From positions 50,532,001 through 50,596,000 of the forward strand of contig OZ076409.1 in the NCBI GenBank assembly GCA_964187785.1: a stretch of DNA of 64,000 bases, in the 5' to 3' direction. Below are positions 51,191 to 60,500 of this stretch, piece after piece. Position 1 is the stretch's first letter. Every line of letters begins with the position of its first letter. A model generated the notes under the pieces. The model did not search any database. It was given only the letters and a program-made list of their open reading frames with translations, and was not told where the DNA came from. The position numbers and the translations under genes are program-made. The DNA comes from Amphiscolops sp. MND2022 (lineage: Eukaryota).

Positions 51191-51926
51191 TGTAACGACA
51201 AGCTCTCACCATTGTCGCCGTAACCATAAGAGTTAGAGGAACACATGATATGGGTATTTGCCCGGGACAGGCGCCCATGACCATGAGCTCATTTTGCCTC
51301 TTTCGGGTAAAAACTGTCCCGTCAGAGGAGGATTCCGCTTCTTGTGAAGTGCTCGCCGGCCTGATCCAGTCTGTAATTGCTATCAGTAGTGCGCATTACG
51401 CTTTTTCTTCGAAATCAACACTTAGATAGCCTTTAAAAAAATGCAAGTGGTGGAAAGGGAAAAATCAAGTTCCTTCGAAGTTACACAGGAGATTGAAATA
51501 AGTAGCTCACGAGCTGTTACAACAAGAAAATACGAAAATTACTACATAATTAGCACTTTTGAGGCAGCAATTAGCCGGGGACACAAGCACGGATGCTTGG
51601 TCAAGCTAATTGACTCATTTTTGGTAATCACAGCGTCTTGTAACGCTTCGCTGAAGAAAGCACTGGTTAGAACAAAGTTCAGTCCGTTTTGGCAGAAATT
51701 TGAGTCTTTTTCTGACAGTGGCCGTGTTTTTCTGCAATCTTCTCGTTCGGTTGGGGTCTCTCTCGAGTCTCTTGCTCAAATCCTCTTCAATTCCGTGGAC
51801 AGGTACTTGAATAAAGACACGCTACCGTCTGGCGGAATATGACTCTTTAGTAGAGGAGATATAGTCCCTTGAACGAAATTTTCATCGAAATTTTCGAAAT
51901 CGTACACTCGATAGGTAATCGCTACA
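51191..51926 (-). repeat. 3' LTR of the Gypsy element (family B, 736 bp)
   Basis: On + it starts TGTAAC and ends GCTACA, followed by TACACTCCCCGGGG (PPT complement). It shares the blocks CGGGACAGGCGCCCAT and CATTTTGCCTC with the other LTRs in the window. Confidence 0.85.
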
Positions 51927-51940
51927 TACACTCCCCGGGG
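51927..51940 (-). promoter_or_regulatory. Polypurine tract of Gypsy element B
   Basis: CCCCGGGGAGTGTA on minus, immediately 5' of the LTR start TGTAGC. Nearly identical to the PPT of element A. Confidence 0.75.
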
Positions 51941-52942
51941 TCTAGTCTTGACGTCCCCGTCAAGTGTGGGTTGGCGTCATTGAGTCTGTACCCAGAGTCA
52001 TCTGTGTCCCACTGAGGAGGTAGAGTGCACATCAAGTAGCGCTGGACGGTTCATTGGGACATCGTCAAGTTGGCCTCGTGGAAGTGTTTTTGACCCAGCG
52101 TTGCTGCATTTTGATCAAATCAATACAACTTTGTATACAAATCTTATACGGCAAGGTCATTGCTTTTTGTAGCCTGTCGTGAGCAATTCAGGCGTTAAAA
52201 TTTCTTTTCGGCCATTCAAAAAAAGTTTTTATTTGCCGTTAGTGTTAAAACTTGTTTTAAGGTCAACGACCATCACATGACTGTTCGAAATATATTTTCC
52301 GAAGCTCGGGAGCTTCGCACTGCTTGGCGTTTGATAAAAGTTCTTTTGGTAAGCAGTTGCCATAAAATCAATTAATTAGTACGGTCAATTTAAAATTTCT
52401 TTTGCGAGACTTACTCTCGATCCTATCAGGTAGCTCAAGAAAAACAATGGTCGAGGTTCATCAATCTTTTTATTCTATTCATTTCTCATCTCTCCCTCCT
52501 TGTTTCCTTTTCCTTTTCCTTTATCTTTTCTTTTTGTCTTTTTCGACAATGGCAACAGTGTAAACGATAACTAGCAACTAAAAGGGTGTAATAGCACCGA
52601 AAATTTAGAGCACGGAGTGCGCACAGCGCATCCACATGTAGCATAAAGTAGCATGAAAAAGCACTAACTGCAAACACAAATTGCAAATTGAATATTGCAT
52701 CTAACTAAGGCAAGGCAGGAACGCAGTTTCATGGTTGGGTTGCCGGTCCCAAAACGGAATAACAAGGAAGATGAAGCCCGGGGGCTTCATCTCCACTTGG
52801 AGATTTTTACCCATGACCAATTGGCATTTCCATAATCGAAGTTTAGCAACAACAGAGATTGAAACCATGAGATTTCGCAAAAATTCATCTAGCATAAGAC
52901 TATTGAAGTTGGAAATCGAATGACGACAAAGTTAGGTCTGTT

Positions 52943-55534
52943 TTACTGGGTGGCGGAGGAGTGACGCGCTCTGGGGGAAACGTCTGCCTTTGGTTGCAGT
53001 TCGGACAGAGATCCTCTTCGCGTATTTCCTCCTCGCAGGACTGGCTTTGGTTCGGCGCTGGCAGTTTCATGGGTCCTAGGAGCCGTGTTTGAGCCACCAG
53101 GGCCATTTTCTGCGGCTACCGGAGTTGATGCTTCTGGCGAATGTTCTTGCGCTGCATTGGCTGAGCCGCTAACATTGGCAGAACTTGTGGTTGACGTGGA
53201 GATTGGGATCTGTACATCCAGTCTACTAGCATTAAACAAGTGCGGTAGATCCAGCGGTCTATTGCGGGTGGCAATGGGTCGTTTCTGTTTCGCACTGAGT
53301 TTCGGGCGTAGATCAGGTCGGCCCCAGAGCCCGCAGGCTCTGGACCAGTTGTCCCTATTCGCATGTTCTATGATTTGCCTAGAGGCTTCCCATTCGGGTC
53401 CGAGGGGATCACTTAGCAATTCCATGACGTGGTAGCAAGTCTCCGCTGGCATGTCGCTTCCCATAGTAACCCTCGCCTCTGGATTCCAAACAGGCATTGT
53501 CAGTGGGGGGATGATCAAACCTTTTAGGAGTCCTTGGCGCTCCTCCAGGGTCCTTGACATCCACACGCCAAGTTTGTAGTGGTCGCGATAGGAATACTGC
53601 TCATCAAAGCCCTTCTCGACCATACTGATTGGCTTGGCCCGGATATAACCGATGGGTCCTCGCCAGTACCTGGCTGGAAGCTTAATCATTTGGAAATTGT
53701 ACTCCTGATTCATGTGACCGCCCATGGTTTGCACACATTCGGTCACGTACTTCCTGAGGTGTGCGAAACTCCAATTGAATCGCTGTGGGATTCCGAGGTG
53801 GTCTAGGGGAGAATTATACCAATTCACCGGGCCGTATTCGCGAGGTAAAGGGCACGCCTTCTTTGTTCGGGCTTTGAGAATACCGGCCAGGTTTTCGTCT
53901 TGCTGCGTCTCATTCTTTATTGTGGTATACATGCGTGGTACTAGCAGAAACAGCCCACGTTCAAGCATCTGTTGATAGTTGTGTGGTTTCACGTTCTTCA
54001 GATAAGTTAGGATGGATACCGTTAACGTCTCCGAGGCCAGTCTCAGAGGCTTGGTGGGATATCGGAGTATCCCGGTTGGGCCAAATATCGGAGTTAGCAC
54101 GGGTGCTAACACCGGTATAAGATCTTCGACTTCAGCCAAAGTGAAATCTGCCAGCTGGTTGGGTGTCAAAAATCCAGCTACCTCGGTCACTAGCTGACGT
54201 CCATCATATAATGGTTGGTGCTTATCCACCCCCACAAAAAGTCCCGAGGCAAAGACCAGACTGCAATATATCCAGTGATATAATGAAGTTGTCATACGCT
54301 CCAGGTGAGCGGGATAATCCTGAGCGTCTTTCCGTTGCAACAGCTTGGCTAGGGCGGTGAGGCCTGAGATATTCCCTCGTGCAATCACTAAGTATGAAAA
54401 TAGCCATTCCAGATTACACTCGGTAACCAGGTCGGTCAATATCATCATTGGGCCAGCTACAAAGCGTTTCTGCCCGAAAGTGAGCATCAGTGCAAAGAGT
54501 TCGTTCACCTGCACGGTACCGATAATCTCGCTGATTTCGATCAACCAACTCTCCTCTAAATCGAACTCGACTCGAATAACATCGGGACTCCAACCCAATC
54601 CTAAACAGATGGCAAACTGGTCGGTTGACATCCCAAGCTCTTTTGCAATGTCTGCTACGGTGGTAGTTTGTAGCCGCTGGTACCAAGCGTCGTAGGTGCT
54701 GCTGAAGGCTTGGATTTCAGCCTGAGTTTCGCTCGTCAGTTTTGCAGCAATGTACTTCATTCCCACTGATAATTGATCGATTGTGAGGTCTTTGGCAAAT
54801 TGAACTCGCGGGATCGCTCGTTCTACTTCTCGGTCGCTGGGGACTTTGCTCATTGTGGCAGTGACTTCTGCTAGATCGGTTTTGATACAAGTCTTTCCAC
54901 CGGAGGAGCGCGCGCGCTCTATCCAGTTATTCAGGCGGATTGCCTCGCATTCAGCCGTACTGGGCTCTGGGACTCGCCTTTCTCCGTCCTTGTTGAATAC
55001 CAACAAGCCCATGCGAGTGCCGTGATCAAAGTAGATGGCATCGTCGATTGTCAGCTGCGCGTTCCCTGTCTTTTCCACTGACTGTAGCACTTTAGACACT
55101 GAGGCAATATACCCCATGTAGGACAGCCAGGAGGGACGAAAGTCATTGGAGCTAATCCGCATATTGGGCGCGCAGATCGCAAAGTCTATTTCTCTACACT
55201 TGCAAACTTCTGTCACCATGTATACAAATCTCTGCAAGGCGAAGGGCCATTGGCAAAAACCTGGGGGTGTCACGAACAGGGCTGGCACCTTGAGTTTGTC
55301 CTTCAAGATGTTTTGGGCTTTCTCCATGGCTCGGGCCATGTTCAATGCTGCATTGCGTACCGTTGTTCGCTGAGCCGGACTTGGATTCATAATCTCAACG
55401 TTCGCGATCTGGGCCATTAGTCCTTCACAGGCCATGTGATCGAAAACGTTGCTGATGATCACTCTACGTGGAGGTGGCTCTTTGAAGGTTCCTGTCATCT
55501 CAGGGTCAAACATGGTGACCAACACTTCGGCCAT
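52943..55534 (-). CDS. Retrotransposon extra ORF, part b: remainder of the SGNH-like domain plus a large uncharacterised region
   Basis: 863-aa ORF with GC content like pol, between part a and the 3' UTR. No obvious env hallmarks. Probably the continuation of 55495-57561 across a -1 frame break. Confidence 0.85.
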   Translation of the reverse strand: MAEVLVTMFDPEMTGTFKEPPPRRVIISNVFDHMACEGLMAQIANVEIMNPSPAQRTTVRNAALNMARAMEKAQNILKDKLKVPALFVTPPGFCQWPFALQRFVYMVTEVCKCREIDFAICAPNMRISSNDFRPSWLSYMGYIASVSKVLQSVEKTGNAQLTIDDAIYFDHGTRMGLLVFNKDGERRVPEPSTAECEAIRLNNWIERARSSGGKTCIKTDLAEVTATMSKVPSDREVERAIPRVQFAKDLTIDQLSVGMKYIAAKLTSETQAEIQAFSSTYDAWYQRLQTTTVADIAKELGMSTDQFAICLGLGWSPDVIRVEFDLEESWLIEISEIIGTVQVNELFALMLTFGQKRFVAGPMMILTDLVTECNLEWLFSYLVIARGNISGLTALAKLLQRKDAQDYPAHLERMTTSLYHWIYCSLVFASGLFVGVDKHQPLYDGRQLVTEVAGFLTPNQLADFTLAEVEDLIPVLAPVLTPIFGPTGILRYPTKPLRLASETLTVSILTYLKNVKPHNYQQMLERGLFLLVPRMYTTIKNETQQDENLAGILKARTKKACPLPREYGPVNWYNSPLDHLGIPQRFNWSFAHLRKYVTECVQTMGGHMNQEYNFQMIKLPARYWRGPIGYIRAKPISMVEKGFDEQYSYRDHYKLGVWMSRTLEERQGLLKGLIIPPLTMPVWNPEARVTMGSDMPAETCYHVMELLSDPLGPEWEASRQIIEHANRDNWSRACGLWGRPDLRPKLSAKQKRPIATRNRPLDLPHLFNASRLDVQIPISTSTTSSANVSGSANAAQEHSPEASTPVAAENGPGGSNTAPRTHETASAEPKPVLRGGNTRRGSLSELQPKADVSPRARHSSATQ

Positions 55535-57561
55535 ATGGGAATACGTGACAGCGGTAGAGTAAAAACCATCACGTCTGACAACACGTTGTCAATGGGGACA
55601 TTCTTGAGGAATGTTGAGTCAATAAGTAAGGCGAAGCGCGCACGCTGCAACCTTTCTTTTGGCATTGGTAGCTGGGCTTCGAGATCACGGGCGTACCGTG
55701 GGTTGATCTCAAAGGTCTCTCCAGCGTTGAGGAAATATCGATCGGCGAATTGCCCACGAAGGTCAACGTTGAGGGCATCTAGGTAATTGTCATCCACGTT
55801 TGGCAGCATATTCATTGCCTTCCCTAGCCATGGCGGCTCATTGGTAGGAGTGTGGTCTGGGCGGATTGGACGATTCATGAATACGGGTACATTCGCCTTC
55901 TTCAGTTTCGCATGCTCTTCGTCATTTGGAGGACACATGTTTTTCTCAAATAGCCATTCGGGCGATACTATAACTGCCGATTCCCAGATACGTCGGGAGT
56001 CCTTGGTGACCAATGTGCCCTTTGTGTTCTGCATGGGACTCAGGTACGTCGGCTGTTTCGTAAAGGTCCTCTTAGTTGGGTGTTGAATCGCCTGTTTCCG
56101 GAGCGGGGTTCCAGTTGGACCACTGTTGGTCACTTTCAACCCTGGGTAATCACCCATTATGTCCTTGACAGTTCGCTGGGATACAGGGGTGCCTTGATAA
56201 CCCACAGTTTGCTCCGATTGTGGCTGTCCTGATGTGGAGGGCTTAGGAGTCGCTCGTTGAGCCAGCGACTCGCGTGTTGTAGACTGCGTGGATGGTGGTT
56301 GCGGCAGTCCTTGTTGTTCGCCTGTTACGTCCGGTTGTGATTGGGGTGAGGGAAGCACGCATGCTTCCGACACTTTTGACTTCGTTTGGTCTGGCGCTTT
56401 GGAGGTTGTGGCCTTCTCGTTGGAAATCTTTTTGTCGGGTGGTGGCTTGCTCGAGGGGCTGTCACGGGCAGTCAATGGTTGTTGAGTCTTTTTTGTTGGA
56501 GAAGGGTCGTTGCGCTTTCTGGAGGCAGGGCGGCTCTCTCCTCCCCCCTTTTGAGAAGAGCGGGAAGGCGAACGACTGCGTTCCACAGTCACGGTGCGAG
56601 AGTGTCCTGGCTGTTCAGACTGAGGATTGATGTGGGGAATAGTGATGACACCTTGACGTGTTTCAGTTGAAGTCGCATTGTCGTTGCGAATAGTGACAGT
56701 GGGCAGAGCAATTCGACGTAGTTCTGGCCAACACTGCTCCATGGATCGCATGAAATCATCGTAATTGGGATTGGCAGCCACTGCTTGCAGCGCTGAGATG
56801 ACTGCTTGCTCCGCCATAGATTGATTGGGCAAGCCAGGCACTATAGGAGCAGGAGTGCGCGCACGCACTACTGCTTGTGGTGTTGGTGCAGGAGGTGGCG
56901 GTGGAGGTGGAGGCGGGCAAGAAGGGATCTGTAAAGGTCTAGTCTGGTGGACTCCGCCATTCGCAGGACTATACGAGATCGCCGCACGATCATCTGTGAA
57001 GTGATGCGTGAGATCATGGCCGTGCCACACTCCATCTTGGTACGTCATGGATCGTTGGAATCCAGGAAACCCTGAAGTAATTGATATCGTCAGCATTGGG
57101 GCTTGCAATTGTGATTCCATTTGGGCAATGATTGCTGCTACCCCGGCAACTGCAGCTGGCGACAGACCTTGGTCGAGTCTGTCTCGAATAAAGGCAATTT
57201 GTGGGGTGCGTTGGACACGCGCAGTGTCGTAGACGCGTTGCCCCAAGGCAGGAGAGTTATCTGTAGACCTTGGCGGGACGTTGTTGCTTCTATCATTATC
57301 TTGGTTCATGACGACAATTCTGAAAGAGCGTAGGTCGATTGTAGCACACTTGATAGTAGGGCAACACCATAGGTCATTTAAGGGTAATACCAGGGAAAGT
57401 AATAGAATGTCACACATTAACATTAAAGAAAAAGATAACGTAACAGTCTCAAATAATCTTCGTGTCGATTCACTAAACTCAATCGAGCGGACAAAAAAAA
57501 ACGAAAAACAAAAAAAAAGCGGACAAACGAAAGCTTTACGGAAAGCTAGCGACGCTTGCAA
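55495..57561 (-). CDS. Retrotransposon extra ORF, part a: proline-rich/disordered protein ending in the start of an SGNH-like domain
   Basis: 688-codon ORF directly after the pol stop. The track start is TTG; in-frame ATGs lie at 57423 and 57309 (MNQD..., favoured). It has a poly-Pro tract and a Ser/Thr/Pro/Gln-rich middle, ends ...RFALLIDS...FTLPLSRIP and overlaps the next ORF in the -1 frame. Confidence 0.8.
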   Translation of the reverse strand: MQASLAFRKAFVCPLFFCFSFFFVRSIEFSESTRRLFETVTLSFSLMLMCDILLLSLVLPLNDLWCCPTIKCATIDLRSFRIVVMNQDNDRSNNVPPRSTDNSPALGQRVYDTARVQRTPQIAFIRDRLDQGLSPAAVAGVAAIIAQMESQLQAPMLTISITSGFPGFQRSMTYQDGVWHGHDLTHHFTDDRAAISYSPANGGVHQTRPLQIPSCPPPPPPPPPAPTPQAVVRARTPAPIVPGLPNQSMAEQAVISALQAVAANPNYDDFMRSMEQCWPELRRIALPTVTIRNDNATSTETRQGVITIPHINPQSEQPGHSRTVTVERSRSPSRSSQKGGGESRPASRKRNDPSPTKKTQQPLTARDSPSSKPPPDKKISNEKATTSKAPDQTKSKVSEACVLPSPQSQPDVTGEQQGLPQPPSTQSTTRESLAQRATPKPSTSGQPQSEQTVGYQGTPVSQRTVKDIMGDYPGLKVTNSGPTGTPLRKQAIQHPTKRTFTKQPTYLSPMQNTKGTLVTKDSRRIWESAVIVSPEWLFEKNMCPPNDEEHAKLKKANVPVFMNRPIRPDHTPTNEPPWLGKAMNMLPNVDDNYLDALNVDLRGQFADRYFLNAGETFEINPRYARDLEAQLPMPKERLQRARFALLIDSTFLKNVPIDNVLSDVMVFTLPLSRIPIWPKCWSPCLTLR

Positions 57562-60500
57562 TAGATACGTAAACGCGATCGTGAAGAACGACGGTCAGGG
57601 GGGTGTCGGCGAATACGTCCATCAAACAGGCATAAAAATCAAAAAGATTACGTATTGGGCGTTCAGGATCAACGATGGTAAAGTGTACTTCTATCGCCTC
57701 CAAGCGCTCGAGTAACGTTTTCAAATGATCAAGACATCCAAAGAGAATATCAGCGAGCATAGGGCAGCGAGGTGTAGCTCGTGTGATTAAAAGGTGGATA
57801 GTCTGAGGATGGCCGTCTATCAGAGATGTGGGTAGCGTTACAATATTGCCAACCTCCGGTCGAAGTTGAAAGATTGCATCTGCACCATGCTCACGAATGA
57901 CGTAACGAAGAGCGGCAGAACTAGTTTCCAGATTTGCGGGACAACATAAAACGATATGATGGGGAGTCTGCAGGAAATCCGTATTGGCATACTGCACATA
58001 GTCAACCAATTGAGGTCTCGCGGCTCCATGGTACACTAACTCTCGTCCGGGGTCCTTGAAGAGAGCATCGTCACATGCATTCGGGAGGAGGCCCTTGATT
58101 GCGCCCAAATCTTGCCATACAGATCGCGGCAATGATTGATTATCAATATTAGCCCTGGACCATGTATCCAGTGCGTGCAGGGCCGATTGGAGGGATACAG
58201 GACTAGGAAATGAGTGTGTCCATTCGTCCAGGAATCTGATTCGTGAAAAATTTGATAAAACTGCTATAATAAGTTCCAGCCACCATTCAAACTTAATTTT
58301 ACCACGATATAGGTCTATCGTGTGGAAACAAGTGATTTTATCAGGAGAGGCCATCGTCCGCAAACTCTCCAGACAGGTGTTCAAGTTAGTGGGATGAACC
58401 AAGTCGGATGCTTGTTTGGCCGTAACTAGTAGCCACCAGTTGCTTGTAGGCTGATAAACGTCTCCTGGTTTAGCTGTGACGTTGTATTTGTCGTACAAGA
58501 GGTCAGCAGGAATACAGCGTATCATTTGGATAGGCTCTCGCTCATAGTTGAAAGGACCAAAAACAATATTAGTAGGCAAAGGGGGAACAGTGATGGGTAA
58601 AGTGAACTCCAAACCAACAAGATCATAGGTCCACTCCTTGAACCTTGGGCACGGGGCCTTTGCTATCGTAGAATCGTTCATTTTGGATAGGATATAGTCC
58701 ACGGGATATGGAGTGTCACTGCGTTGTAGCCCAGTGTAGGTTTTCTCGGCTCGAATAACCAAACGGTCAACCATTCCGCTCGGAAGTGATTTCTCCTGTT
58801 CAAGTGCTAATAGGACTCCCTGGGATTTGATTGGGAAGCCCGCGTGGATCATGTAGTTACATTCGCAGTTTCTCAGGCCACATGTTCCGCAACGATATCT
58901 GGGAATGCGATTGCGTCGCAGTCCATAACGAGCGTTGGTCGATTCTGGCGGTGCTGCCTGATCTGAGGTAACCGCCGCGCTAGGGGCAGAAGAGTCAGTG
59001 TCCATTGATGGAGTGTTACGAACATGGGTAGGAGTGTTAGGTCTGGCGTGCGTTGTACGAGGAGGTCTACCTCTGGGACGGCCTCTTTTGCGAGCGCCTC
59101 TAATAGCACCTCTCCGTTGGTGACCACGTGGCAGCGAGGCTCGCGGCCTTGCTCTGCCTGGCGGACGTCCCCGGGGTCCACGCCCTCTAGGAGCATTGGG
59201 GAGTTTCGTGGTAGTAGCTGCATCATTGTTGATGGGATTTGTTGCAGGGGGAATTGATCCCTTTTCGTTATTGGTCGTTGGTGTGTCAGCACCGTCGTCG
59301 TCCAGGGTTGGGTTGAGGTCATTGTCATCGATTAGGGGCCAAATGGGAAAGTTACTCAACATATCCGTAAGAGATGGATTTGTCAATAATGGGGCGGATG
59401 TACCGGTCAAAGAAGTGGCGGCACTTTCGGTGGGTACGTGGATATCAGGATTCGGGGCGACATCTAATGCGTCTGGTACTGCTTCATTCTCTGAAAATAG
59501 AGCCTCCATAGCAGGTAGTGGTGATATTGGCATTTCGGGAATAGGCGCAGGCTCGTCTACTTGTGATGACAAGATAACACTTTCGTCAGGATTTGCCTGA
59601 GCACTCGATAGGAGTACATCAGAACGTTCATCGTCAGACTCAGTCGAAGAGTAGCCAAATTGTTGATAATACAGGCGGCTGCCACCTGCGCGCATGTGTG
59701 TGCGTAACCGTGTGTCCATCCAATGTCTTTGTCGAGAAGGCAAAGAGGCATTGCTGGCTTCTGAAATTGGTTCCTCTGCACGGTAAGAAGGTTGCGAAGC
59801 GTCGTCTCTCACCTCCTCATGGGATTGTTCTGGATCAGGGTCCATGATGATAGCAACCTCACCGTTATGCGCAGGAACAGCTGCCCATTCTGTTGGACCA
59901 CCATGATGCGGTTTCAATCGTTCAAAATGCACTTTCTGACCAGTGTCAAGTATGTAGACGCGTCCCTCTTGTAGCACTCGTGCTACCTTGTGAGGACCAC
60001 GCCACGCTCTCATCAATTTAGGGGATCCCTTTTGAGGAATGTATCGGCAGAATACCCAAACAGGTTCGCCCACTTCGTAGGCCTTAGCACGAATTGCTCT
60101 GTCGTACTTCAATTTTTGTCGTTGCTGGGCTTGATGCGTGTTGCGACGGACTAAGTCATGAATCTCTTGTTGTCGAGCCAGCACATGTTCCACATAGGCT
60201 TCGTGTGATTCGAATGACTGAGTTGCAAATTCCGGATACAAAAAAGTCAGGGGTATAGCTTTTTCCATGCCTCTGGTTAGCATATACGGGGAGAATCCAG
60301 TAGTGGCATGACGTGTGGAGTTGTATGCACCCATAACTTCATCTAGGTACTGATCCCAGTCACGCATTCGTCTAGAGCAGAATACACGCAGTAGGGTGAG
60401 TAGCGTTCGGTTTTGTCGCTCTACCAACCCTTGAGTCCTGGGGTGGCCAGCAGTTGAGGTTACTTTGGTCACTTGGGCTGCTTTCATAAACTCAGCAGAT

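Noticed and set aside
52943..57561. Calling ORF3 env
   Set aside because: It is in the env position, but I see no convincing furin/fusion-peptide/C-terminal TM organisation, the C-terminus is hydrophilic and low-complexity, and the motifs fit SGNH better.
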